A stretch of 64,000 nucleotides of DNA, from contig MU054391.1 in assembly GCA_013239625.1 (NCBI GenBank), positions 8,217,095-8,281,094 on the forward strand, written 5' to 3'. Each line of letters begins with the position of its first letter. Position 1 is the first letter of the stretch. The notes beneath the pieces were generated by a model, which searched no databases, was not told where the DNA came from, and was given only the letters and a program-made list of their open reading frames with translations. Source of the DNA: Lama guanicoe. Taxonomy: Eukaryota. Below, in pieces: positions 50,054 through 61,582 of the stretch. Both the position numbers and the translations under genes were made by a program.

Positions 50054-53000
50054 CTATATACTATGTGCTGAATAAGTATTAGTAAATATTATTATTAGTA
50101 GTTTTTTTTTTTCAACCTAGGAAAGTCTAGATGTGAAAAGCCTTATCCAGGGTCAAACATACAATATATTTACCAGGGTTGAAGCTTGCATCCAATTTTC
50201 TAAATTCAAAACCAGTGGTCTCTCTGCAAGGGTAACTTGTGTAACTTCAGTGACCTTTCTGATATGTCTATTAAGAGCATCCCATCGGCGTCGTGTTTCA
50301 TGAGAAATAAGTGCACCTTTTCCATTTCAGGCTCCAACTGCTTACTCACTGAGGCAGAAGAACAGGAATTTTAGATGGAAAAACTCTGATATGTTGATAA
50401 CAAATGTAAAACCATCGCGTTGTGCTGTCTCTGAAGATTGCCACACAGAGGAAAATTATACAAGCGAAACTGTGGTTATAGCTTTGACTGCCATTTTCAA
50501 TTAAATCTCAAACAATATGTCATTAAATAAGCCATCACTTGAACACTCTCATCTTTCTCACTTCTATGCCTCCAAATCCTGTGGGAAATGTATGAAGTAT
50601 CCACTGATCCTCAGTCATTTGACCCTCCTTAAAAGCTGTATTTCAAACCCTGCCACCGCAGGCTGTTGCTCTGGGCTCTTGTCAGTTATTGCATGGGCAT
50701 TATTGGCCCTTATCACTAACTTTTCATATTTCTTATGTCGCTTTGCTGTTTGCAATGCCCTTAAGTCCTTTCATGTACTTTAATTCTTTGGCATCACTCA
50801 GTTGAGGTTAGTTACTTTATGCACATGTCATCTCCTTTCCAACTAGAAGGGAAGAGTTTGTAAGCCTGGGCCCCATGTGATGGGATGGAACAGGTGCTGG
50901 ATTTGTCCCTACAGAGACTTGGCTTTGAACACAGCCTCTGCTTGGAATTAGCTCTGTGACCTTGGGGAAGTTACAGAACTTCTTTGATCTCGCCTCTTTT
51001 TCTATAGAATTGAAATGATATCTATCTTAGTGTTCTTTTAAGGATATATAAAATAACAAATGTTAAGTACTCTGCTCCATGCCTATAACCTAAGTTTTTC
51101 TCACAATGTATTTCCTTTCCTTACTTCGTTTATTCATGCTATTTTGTAGAGAGGAGGCCCTTGGAATTTGTTGTTTGATGAATATACTATTGGAGATTTG
51201 TCCATTAATTGTATAGTCAATGTTCATAAAAATGGCTTTAAAAACTTATTTCCATATTCTTCACCTACCTATACCAAAGTATAATAATATGGTAGCTGTG
51301 ATAGAGAATTGCTCAGAGTGCTACATTTTGCATTATTTGTCCTTTAAGATACATTTAAAAACACATTCTATTTTTCTCAAACTACACATTTTTCTATATA
51401 TCATCTTATTTACAGTGAAACTGCATTATTTTGGGCTTTATGACTAAATAAATAGATTCTCTAGACTTATCTACTCTATTTATTTATTGTTGCACATTTT
51501 TCAATGTAATTTCACTTCTGCCTTTATGAAATAAAATCTCCCTGAAATAAGCAGGGCAGGGATTTATCAATCCGATTTTCACACCAGGGAGCACGCTGGT
51601 GGAGTTACAGTAACAATAGAAATCTGTACAATGAAAGTGGAACCTGGGTCTTTTTCAGTTTTTTAAAAAATACACCACTATCTCTGTCGCCTCTGCAAAA
51701 AGTCACAGAAAATAAAGATGGTAGAGTAAGAAGTATGCTTGTACAGGTAAGAGCTGGACTGAGCTTATACAAGACAGAGTTCCGCTTTCAAGCAAGCCAC
51801 AGACTGAGCCACTATAAGTTTTGGGAAGGTAAAAAATAGGAATATTTGGAGAATAAACAACTAAAAACCACAAATTGCCAGACAGGTGGATTGTTTTCTT
51901 TCCTTTTTACTGCAAATTACAGAATTGTTTCCCAGACATCAATTCCCACTGGTACTTGTTACTAATAGTAGAAAACATTTATATAATAATGTGAAGTACA
52001 TGCCAGCGCTGCCTTACCAGTGAGGTAGGTATTATCATTCCCATTTTACAGATCATACAATTGAGACACAAGTAAGATATGTGACTGTCGTGCCCAAGAT
52101 TATATTAGGTGGCTAATGTGCCCAGGATTTTCATTTAGGAATTCTATTTCTAGGGCCCACAATACACTACTATGATATTTTGATTATCTGACAAGGTCTT
52201 TCGTTATTCAGAATCCCTAATCTAATTCTCAGCTGCTAGATTCTTGACTTGTTAAATTACTCTGTAGACCTTCTAAGCATCACTAAACCCCTTGGAAGTG
52301 TATGCCTGAAGGCACTGGAAGAAAAAGAACAGGTGGAGACATCCTCTGACTCCCTGGGGCAGAGCTTCCAGAGGCCTGAGGGTTATCCTTTTGTGCCTTC
52401 ACTGTGGGGCCCACCCTAGGACGGAGAAGGAACAGGGCTGTGGAAGGGAGGCGGGCAGTGGAGTCTATTCTGAGTTTAAATTCTCTTTCACTATTCTAAA
52501 AAAGTCAATATAACCAGAATTTATTTCTCAGTGTGTATGATGGAGTTAATAATGGGGTGTTAGAATTTAAAACAAGGAGTTTATCTGTTACTGTGCTTGG
52601 CATCTGTTGGGTGGTTAATAGTGGTCTACGTACATGCTTAGATAAAAACACATAATCTCAAGAGCTTTGCCGGGCAGGTAAAAAATGCTTCATTCAGTTT
52701 TTTTTTGGAGAAGTAACAAAAGATTATGGTTCAAAACAACAGCATTAGGCTCAGAGAAATCTAGGTTTGGAGCTTGGCTCTTCCATTGCCAAATTGTTTA
52801 ATTTGGCACAAGTTACTCATCCATCCTCATTTTGAAATGAGGAAATTAGTATCACTTACCAATGTGAACATTAAATGAGAATATTTGCAAAGGTCTGGGA
52901 CAGTGCCTGATACATAGCAAGCAAAGTGTGTAATCTCTATTTAATAATCACCTACAATGTAACTATTAAAATTTTACACATTACATAAAAAAATTTTTAA

Positions 53001-53423
53001 AGTTACATTTTAGAATTGTGAGTTCCAATTTATTGATTTGCAGGTTCCATTCATTCCTCTCCCAAACATTCCCGAACCTCCACAGAGGCCCTGGGTAAGA
53101 TTAAGTTACCTTTAAAAATACGTGGAGGCAAGAGGGATGTAGGATGTGGTGAAGACGTCTCTTGGATAAATCAACATTCACAGACAGGTTAGCAGTGTCT
53201 CTGCTTCGCCGCCCCTTGCTGGAGGAGTTCTTCAGTTGCATTCCCTGTCTGATTCTGCTGCTTTGTTAATTCTCTCAAGACTCAGCTTGTCTCTGGGTCA
53301 TTTCTGGCCCCAGTCTGTGCCATCGCTGATTTGATTTTTCACTTCATCTAAGGCAGGATTTCGCAAACTCTCTGTGATGAAGGACCAGTGTTTGTTCTCC
53401 AATTCTTAGCCATATTCGTTTCC

Positions 53424-53823
53424 TTTACTGTCTCACAGTTACAAGGGCTAGAAAGTATGAAATCAAGGGGGCTATGTTCTCCCTAAAACCTGCAGCGAGG
53501 ACTTCTTCTTGCCTCCTGTAGCTCCCGGGAACCTGAGGACAATTCTTCGCATCCTTGCTTTGCAGCTGCTGCACTTCACCTGCTGCCACTCGTATCAGGT
53601 GGCATCGTCCCTGTGACTGCACCTTCACATGGCATTCTCCGTGTAGGCCCGTGTTCAGTTTTCTCTCTTCTTACAAGGACACCTGTTGTATTGGATCAGA
53701 ACACAGCCTAACGACTTAATCTTAACTTGATTACATCTACAAAGACATAGGCATTGGGTACTGTGGTACTAGGGTTGGGATTTGAGCGTATCTTTCTTTG
53801 GTGATGTAATTTAACCCATAATA
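53424..53823 (-). mobile_element. MLT1C-like MaLR LTR, apparently nested in a hAT-Charlie MITE (about 53354-54007)
   Basis: 'tctcacagttacaagggctagaaag', 'ttacaaggacacctgttgtattgga', 'atcttaacttgattacatctacaaagac'; outer TIR-like 'caggatttcgcaaact' and 'ttaggaagcactg'. Confidence 0.75.
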
Positions 53824-56800
53824 GCAGTATATGGATTTTTAAAAGTATCCCGTTCAAGGAGACAAGACCACTGATCAGGTACTTGAGTGTCACAGCGATC
53901 CAAATGGTTTCTAAAATCTTAAACGCTACTGATTTGTGCCTTAACTCAGCAGTATTTACAAACAGTTTGCAGACTGACCCCTCAACCACACCTTAGGAAG
54001 CACTGGTCTAAGGGACAAACTGACAGGAGCACAAATGCTAGCTGCTCGATTCTGCATCAGAGAAGTGGGGTTGGGTGTGCTCAAGAGATTCACCTATTCA
54101 AGGTGTGCCAACAGGACTGACAGGGCTCTGCTAAGCCCTCATACTGGTCGTTTCTCCTCTGAATTGCTCTTTCCCTTATTTTCGTCTAGGTAACTTGCTC
54201 ATCTTTCACACCTCAAGCCAGGCTTTTCCTAATGCCCCAGCAGGTCTAATTGAATGCGGCTCTCCTGCGCTCCCAGAGCAGCCTGGTGTGCTCCTCTGCT
54301 TGCCTTGTAACCATCCGGCAACCATCCCTCTTCCCCTCAGTGCCCCCCGAAGGCAAGCACCATGTCGTACTCCACCGATTCTCCCCAGTGTCCCGTGTGT
54401 GCTGTTACATTCATACATTGATAAACAAATGAATTAATTCCCTCTCCCGGGAGCAGCGCTGCCCATCAGACTGGACGGCTTATGTATCCTTTTCACCAGA
54501 TGCTGGAGCCATCATGGACAATCTCAAATTCAGAACAGTCATTTTCAGACTCCTTGTGGACACAAGTCTTCCACCAAACAAGTGACCACTGAAGATTTTT
54601 CAGCTGTTTGAGTAGATCATATTTCTCAATAACAATCATCTTGGCAGGCTGTAAGATACCCTGCTGTCCATGATTATATTTGAGGTATACCCTGTGGCCA
54701 ACTCCTAATGTCCAGATACACCTTGTACTAACAATCTCTTATTTCATGTATTTTATTATCATTTAAAGAGTCATCATAAAAAAAGGTAATCATTTCAATC
54801 TTTGTCCTCAAATTTGGAAAGTGTACTAGTACTGAATATTGCAGAGTATATATGAGTGAGATTTTTCATTTTTAGTGCACTGACTAGAGATACATTTGCT
54901 TTATCCTAGGAAGTAAACCTAAAAGTCCAGTGAAATTCTGAATTGGTTTTCAGATACGATAGTTTCTCATACCTGAAACCATCATCAGAGCTCCTTCGCC
55001 CCAAGTCCATGGAGAATTATCCAGAAGGGTAGAAGACTTGAAGCCACAGTGCCTTGAAAACTTTAATTATTGAAATATTCAATTAATACTTGTGGCGCTG
55101 TATGGAACGGAATGTAATAGACTTGCCCACATTTTCATTAGGCTTTTCTCTTTCTAAAACCAATTTGTCATCATTTTTTAAAATAAAGCAGTTCCTTTCA
55201 GGAAGTTGCATTCTAAATTTGCATGTTACCAAAATTATTCTATTCATTCTTTTCAACAGGCAATTATGAGCCATTAAGAGACTTAAGAATGTAGTATTAA
55301 TCAAGTCAGAGATTGGTTGATTCATCTAATTTTCAGTTTCAGGTCCACATTTATCAAGATTTCCTTTCAAAAGTCACTGGTAAAGGTGAGTATCTTTCTC
55401 TTTTCTGTGATCCTAATGGTTGTAAGAAGAACAATAAAACCTTTGCTCTGGTATCAAGGGGAAATTAAATCCTCCTGGTGGGTTGCAGCCCAGCTGGGCA
55501 TGTGATGGACACGCGTGAGTGTCAGAACACGATGTGCAGGCTTCAGTTTCCTCTCAGTCCTGTCTGATACCTGGATCCCCATTTTGGCTTCCTCCTCGTA
55601 CTGATTTTATTGACTAATTGTCAGTTGTTCCTGGGAACAGTTTATTTCAACAGAAGATAGTGATTAAGGAGAAAAGGGGGGCTTAACACAGGAGGGAGGA
55701 AAATAAATTATGCCCTTTTATAGAGAATTTGGCATTTCTGGTAATGCTAACAATCCTGTTTTGCTTTCCATGAATGTCTTATTAATTTTATATAATAACC
55801 ATGTCAAACAAAGTCATTCGAAACTTTCAGTAACTTCAGCTTACTTTTGCATACTAATTCCACTCATGAATTACTTGGAAACGGCTTCTTTTTCATTGAT
55901 GAACACAGGGTTTCAAATCACAGGCTAGATCTTTGGTGGCTATTTTCTAAATTCCTCATGAATTCTTCACATGCGTAATCTTCTCTTTTTTCTCATTCAT
56001 CTTCAAGGCACAAGTCTAAATACTCCTTATTTCCGATAGCATATGTAGTGCCAGGGGAGTAGGATTCTGGTGAGTAGCAGGGGGTCATTCTGCAATCCAC
56101 TTAGCTCTGGGGTAAGAGGATTTCAAGAAAGCAATCACAGGAAAAGAAGAGAAGACAAGTGATGCAGTGCCATTAAACCCTTCTTCCCATCTCCACATCT
56201 GAAATGCCCCTCGATGTGCCAGACATCTCTCATTCCCAGTACTGTCACCTCTCCTTTGCTGGCCTGACTTCCTATCAATCCTCCTCTCCTGTCACTGGAA
56301 AACTGCCACGTGAAAATCAGCTTTTACTGCTTCCGGTTTACAATGTGTGTGGTAGGTGTGTGTGTGTCGGTGTCTGTGTGTGTAAGTATGCCCTTTAGAT
56401 CTATTCTGTCTTTTTGGTAAGCTAATGCTATTCACCTGTAATTTTGGTTCCCACTCATCTTCTTGGTCTAGCTGCTTCCACTGGGACAGACAGCAAAGGG
56501 CGTTATGCATGGAGGCTTTCAACCCGACAGGTCCTGGCTGACCTGTGCAGTCGCATGGGTGGTAGCCTCCCCTACAGGGCTTGGTCATGAGGGTCAAGGG
56601 CGCCTAAATCCAACCCACGTCTCTCTTGACAAGTGTTTCCCTGAGATTTTTTGGCAGAAGTGTGTCTGTGTCAAAAAAGGCCCACCCAGAATCGGCGCCT
56701 TTCTGTTCTGATTTATGCAAAGGCATCATATAAGTTAGCAGCACCCCTCAGTCAGGGCCTAAGATGGAATCCTAGATAAAGCAAATTAAAAAGTTAAATT

Positions 56801-57352
56801 ACATCAAAGACTCCTGATTCTACTTGCTTAATGATTCAAGCCCACCCTTGTATCCTATTGATAGAGTTGTTTTTTTTTGCAATGGTAATACATTCATCTG
56901 TATTGTTAGTTAATAACCTCATGTAATTTATATTTCATTTGATTTGCATTGTTTACATATTTCAACATAGACTATTAAAATTTAGTAAACAGATTCCATT
57001 AACTAGAATAAATAAACAGCTCTCTGTGTCATAGGCATGTAATTAGGGCACTGTTCAGTCTTTATTTTTGATGCCACCGTGTATAAACACTGCTTCAACT
57101 ATACTTCCAGAAATATTTGCAGACAACATTTATTTTGATTTGTTCTCTACAAATATCTGATAGTATGAATTACAGTTGGTTTTAGAGAAAAATGTCCTCC
57201 AAATGCAGGTAAACTATAAATCGCCTTATGTGTGTATGTGTGTATATATGAAGCACTGATATGACCCATTGCAAAAGGCATTTTTTTTCACGAGTTTAAC
57301 ATCCCTAGTGGTTTTAGCTTACTACAAATCACCTTCCTCAAACCCTGCCTCA

Positions 57353-59064
57353 ACAAGGTGGCAGAGTAAGACGTTCCTCACTTGTATTCATCTCCGCAAC
57401 AATACCTTAGAAGCCACCCACAGGTAAAAGTCCTTCTGTGAGAGTTTTGAGATCCAGGTAGGAGATTGCGAAAGCCTAGTGGAGTCTAAAACCGAGCTGG
57501 GCCGTTTTGAGGAAGCAAGCCTGTTCTCAGGCAGCTGACAGTGGTACCAGCTACAGGCCCAGACCCAGCCAGGCCCTCCTCCCGTTTGTCCTTGGTCCAG
57601 CCAGCAGCACCATACGCCACAGGACCTGGAGGAGTCACACCTGCCAGTGACTTGGTGGTGGGCACACAGACCTCAACGTCAGATGTGGACTCTGAGTGAG
57701 TGGCCTGTGATCTGAGCCAAGCCCCTCTTGACTGGGGTCCAGGAGCCCCTAGAAGCAAGCCTTCCAAACTCAAGTTCACTGTGGTTTCTGAAAGGGCCCT
57801 AAAACAGAGCTCCAGCCCCTACCAGCTGCAGTCCTGCTAGCTCTGTGTCCCAGCAGAAGACACAACCGTTCCCACCCCAAGAGATTCTGAAACAATTTGA
57901 TGCTTGGCCTCATCCCCTCCCAGCTACCATTTATAAACAGTCCTGCAGACCCAGAATTTCTCCAAGAGACACGCCCATCGGTGTCCCTGGAGGCAGGCCA
58001 ACCAAACTAATTCTGACAGCAGATTTTTAAATGACCTTGTGACTAGACTCCAGTCCCTTCCAGCTGCAGTCCATGAGCAGTTCTGCTCACCCAGACCGGA
58101 CACCCACCACAGGACAGGCCTACCTATGCCTCTGGAAGTAAGCCCAACATTGGTCCAGCTGCAGATTCTGAAACAACCCAGTACCTCTCAGCCACGGTCA
58201 GGGAGCGTTCCTGGCCACCAGGGGACTTGACAGGAGACAGTCCCATTCATGCCTCCAGGGTCAGGTCTGAAGATCTCTATGTAGACCATGGACCCTAACA
58301 CAGCTCCAGGATTCGGTTAGAGCCCCTCTCAGCCTTAGTCTGGTGCCAGTCCTGCCCACCCGGGAGTGTGCTGAGTGACCTGTAAGAAGTTCTTCAAGGG
58401 ACTTCATGGGAGTCACACCCATTCATGAAGCCGGTAACGCAATGCCTGCAGATCCACCTGTGAACCCAGAAGCAGACCTTTGTGCCAGCACCGCCTACCC
58501 GTAACGGCCAGAACCGTTCACCCAATAACCAGACAGGATTCACACTAGCCTGAGCCCCTGGCGACAGGCCCACCAACCACAGACACAGCTGTAGGCCCAG
58601 CAACAGCCTCATGACCTGGACCCAACACAGCACAACTTTGATTCCGAAGATGGCCTCACTAGCCCAGGGAACCGACTGGAGAAAGGGTTTACTTGCCAAA
58701 ATCAGTCTGTAAAGACCATAAGAGGTTTGCTCCTTCAAATACACATCTGTCTGGAGAGCTATTTTCAAAAAGACAAGAGATAACAAGTGTTGGCAAGTGT
58801 GTGAAGAAAAGGAAATTTTTGTGCCCTATTGGTGGGAATGTAAACTAGTTCAGCTATCATGGAAAACAGTACGGATATTTCTCAAACAATTAAAAACATA
58901 ACTGCCATGCATCCAGTGATCCCATTTCTGGATATCTATCCAAAGGAAACGAAATCAATATCCTGAAAATACATCTGTATCCCTGTGTTTACTGCAGCAT
59001 TATTTACAATGGTCAAGACACAGAAACAATCTAAGTGTCTGTCAATGGATGAATGGATAAATGA

Positions 59065-59102
<38 letters not shown>

Positions 59103-59629
59103 GAATATTATTCAACCACAAAAAGAAGGAAATCCAGTCATTTGTGTCAACGTGGGTAAACCTGGAAGACATTATACTAAGTGAAAAAAGCCAGACATAG
59201 AAAAACAAAACACTGCATGATCTCACTTATGGAGTCTATAAAAGTCAGACTCATAGAATGAGAAAGTAATTCGGAGTTACCGGGAGCTAGGGATTGGGAA
59301 AAGTGGGTAGACGTTGGTAGAAGGGTACAAAGAAGAGTCGGTTCTGAGGATCTAACGTACAGCACAGTTAACAACACTGTTTGGTATATTTCAAATTTGT
59401 TAAGAGTAGATCTTAAATGTTCTCACTACACAAAAAGAAAGAAAGGCAACTATATGAGGTGATGAATACGTTAACTAATTTGACTGTGGTTCATTTCACA
59501 ATGAATATGCATGTCAAACCAGCTTGTTTTATAACTTAAATACACACACTTTGGTTAATTATACCTCAGTAAAGCTGGAAAAATTTAAAAAGTTAAAAAA
59601 TTTTTGATCGATTAAAAAAACAAACAAAC
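57353..59629 (+). mobile_element. L1MA9-like element with 5' UTR joined directly to the ORF2 3' end and 3' UTR (internal deletion)
   Basis: L1 start-like 'acaaggtggcagagtaag'; GC-rich repetitive 5' UTR; ORF2 tail (MFTAALFTMVKTQKQSKC..WVNLEDIILSEKSQ); L1MA9-type 3' UTR ending 'tatacctcagtaaagctggaaaaa'; candidate TSD aaaccctgcctca / aaaacttgcctca. Confidence 0.8.
59067..59100. repeat. (AC)n microsatellite inside L1
   Basis: Direct reading. Confidence 0.95.
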
Positions 59630-61310
59630 AAAACTTGCCTCACTCAGACTTCAGTTTAAATTCAGGTGCATCGTCTTGCTAGTTGCATGATCTGGCTTAC
59701 TTAACCCTCCCCCAGCCTCCTTTCCGTCATCAGAAAATGGAATTTAAAACAAGCTTCCTGTTTTATGCTGAGAATTATATAACACAATGCCTAGGGTCGC
59801 CTACCACATATCACAATGAATGCTTAATAGATGCAGCTATTAATTTTGAAAGTTGTTATTTTTCAAATCCTAGCATATGTTTAGGGTTAATTGATTCGGC
59901 AAATAAAAATGGAAGGTTCCCAGCTAAATGTGAAAATCAGATAAAGAACAAATTTTTGTACAATTAAGTCACTGTGGTGTGGAATATACCTACATGAAAA
60001 CAAAAACACCATTCATTTTTTTTGAATTTTGAATTTACCTGTGCCCCTTGCATGTTATCTGTCAACCCTAGTTCTATCTTATGTTCTCCCAGGAAACTCT
60101 TTCTAACTCTTCTAAAATTAATGAATTTGGCGATGTTAATTTGTTCTTCCTTTCTAGCTGTGCTTGCACTTATTTACCCATAATGTTTTATGGTGCTATC
60201 ATAGTCTGTGTGCACCTCCTTATTTACTTCACGAACCACTGAGGGATACATATTATGATTTATTCATCATTGCCCCTCCTCAGAATGGGCAGTTGCCTCT
60301 AACATGCTGCCTGCTCAGACCATGTGAGTAACTTAATACATTTACATACATTCCTTTTTTTCTTCCTAAGCAAATTATTTCTTTTTAAACATTCTGGAAA
60401 GACGTTCATTTTTGAATACTCATGCAATCTGCTAGTTAAAGACTCTGTAAATATGAATTTACAAAACACAAGTTATGAGTTGCAATTTGTACTACAAAAG
60501 TATCATTTCCATTATAAAAATATTCCTCCTTAAAGTGCTACTTCCCTGGTTAATTTAAAATTGGCTGATTTATTAAAATTCAATATGCTCTCACTTTCCA
60601 ACTGCAGAATAAAGAGAAGCAGAGCTAGAATACTTTCCTTTGCCCAAAGATGATTTATTTGCAGCACCCACTAAAAAATCTAGACGCTTTTCAGTCTGAA
60701 AAATAAAGTGTCTCTAAAGGTTTTCAGAGCAAACAAGCAAAAAACATTATGATGTTTTTCTAGCTGAAACATATCATGCATTTTATTAATTCCTTGGAGT
60801 GCCCTTCTTTTAAAATTTTCAAGAAAAAGAAAAGTTTAAGCTAGCACATTCCTGTCTGTTATCATCCCTCAAAGTCTGATTCAGTTCTGCTGTGTTCCCC
60901 AGCAACACACAGCAGTTATCTTGCCAAGCACAGAAGTTATCAGGCAGTACCCAGCACAGAACTTTTCAACGGTTCCCTGTTGCTTGAACTCCTTAATGCC
61001 TATCCTGTGAAACTGAGGTGAACATACAATTTATTCTCAAAATGGGAACATTTTGGGAATAAAAAGGGTAATAAAAACAAGTAAAATGACGTACTTATTA
61101 AATCATTATGCTGCATACCCCAAATACATGTTATACGTCAATCATACTGAAATTAAAAAAAAAATGTACTTATTGATTGACAAATTGGTGTTATTTTATA
61201 GGTGAACCAAAAAAATAGCTCTATTCAAATTATACTTTTAAACTAATTTAAAATTTAAAAAATGTATCTATAAGAAGTTGAAAGGTAAATTTCATATTGT
61301 TTAAAACACA

Positions 61311-61582
61311 GCAGTTACCAAAGGGGAAAAGAGGGGAGAGATAAATTAGGAGTATGGGACTAACAGATACACATTACTGTATGTAAAATAGATAAACAAC
61401 AAGAATTTACTGTATAGCACAGGGAACTACATTCAATATCTTATAATAACCCTTAATGTGAAAGTATCAGAAAAACTATATTACATCTATTTATACATAT
61501 ATATAACTGAATCACTTTGCTGTGTACCTGAAACTAACAGCATTGCAAGTCAACTACAGTTCAATTTAAAAAATAAATAAAA
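61311..61582 (+). mobile_element. Cetartiodactyl-type L1 3' UTR fragment (L1_Art-like)
   Basis: 'gataaattaggagtatgggactaacagatacaca', 'tactgtatagcacagggaactacattcaatatctt', 'ataactgaatcactttgctgt', A-rich end. Confidence 0.85.
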
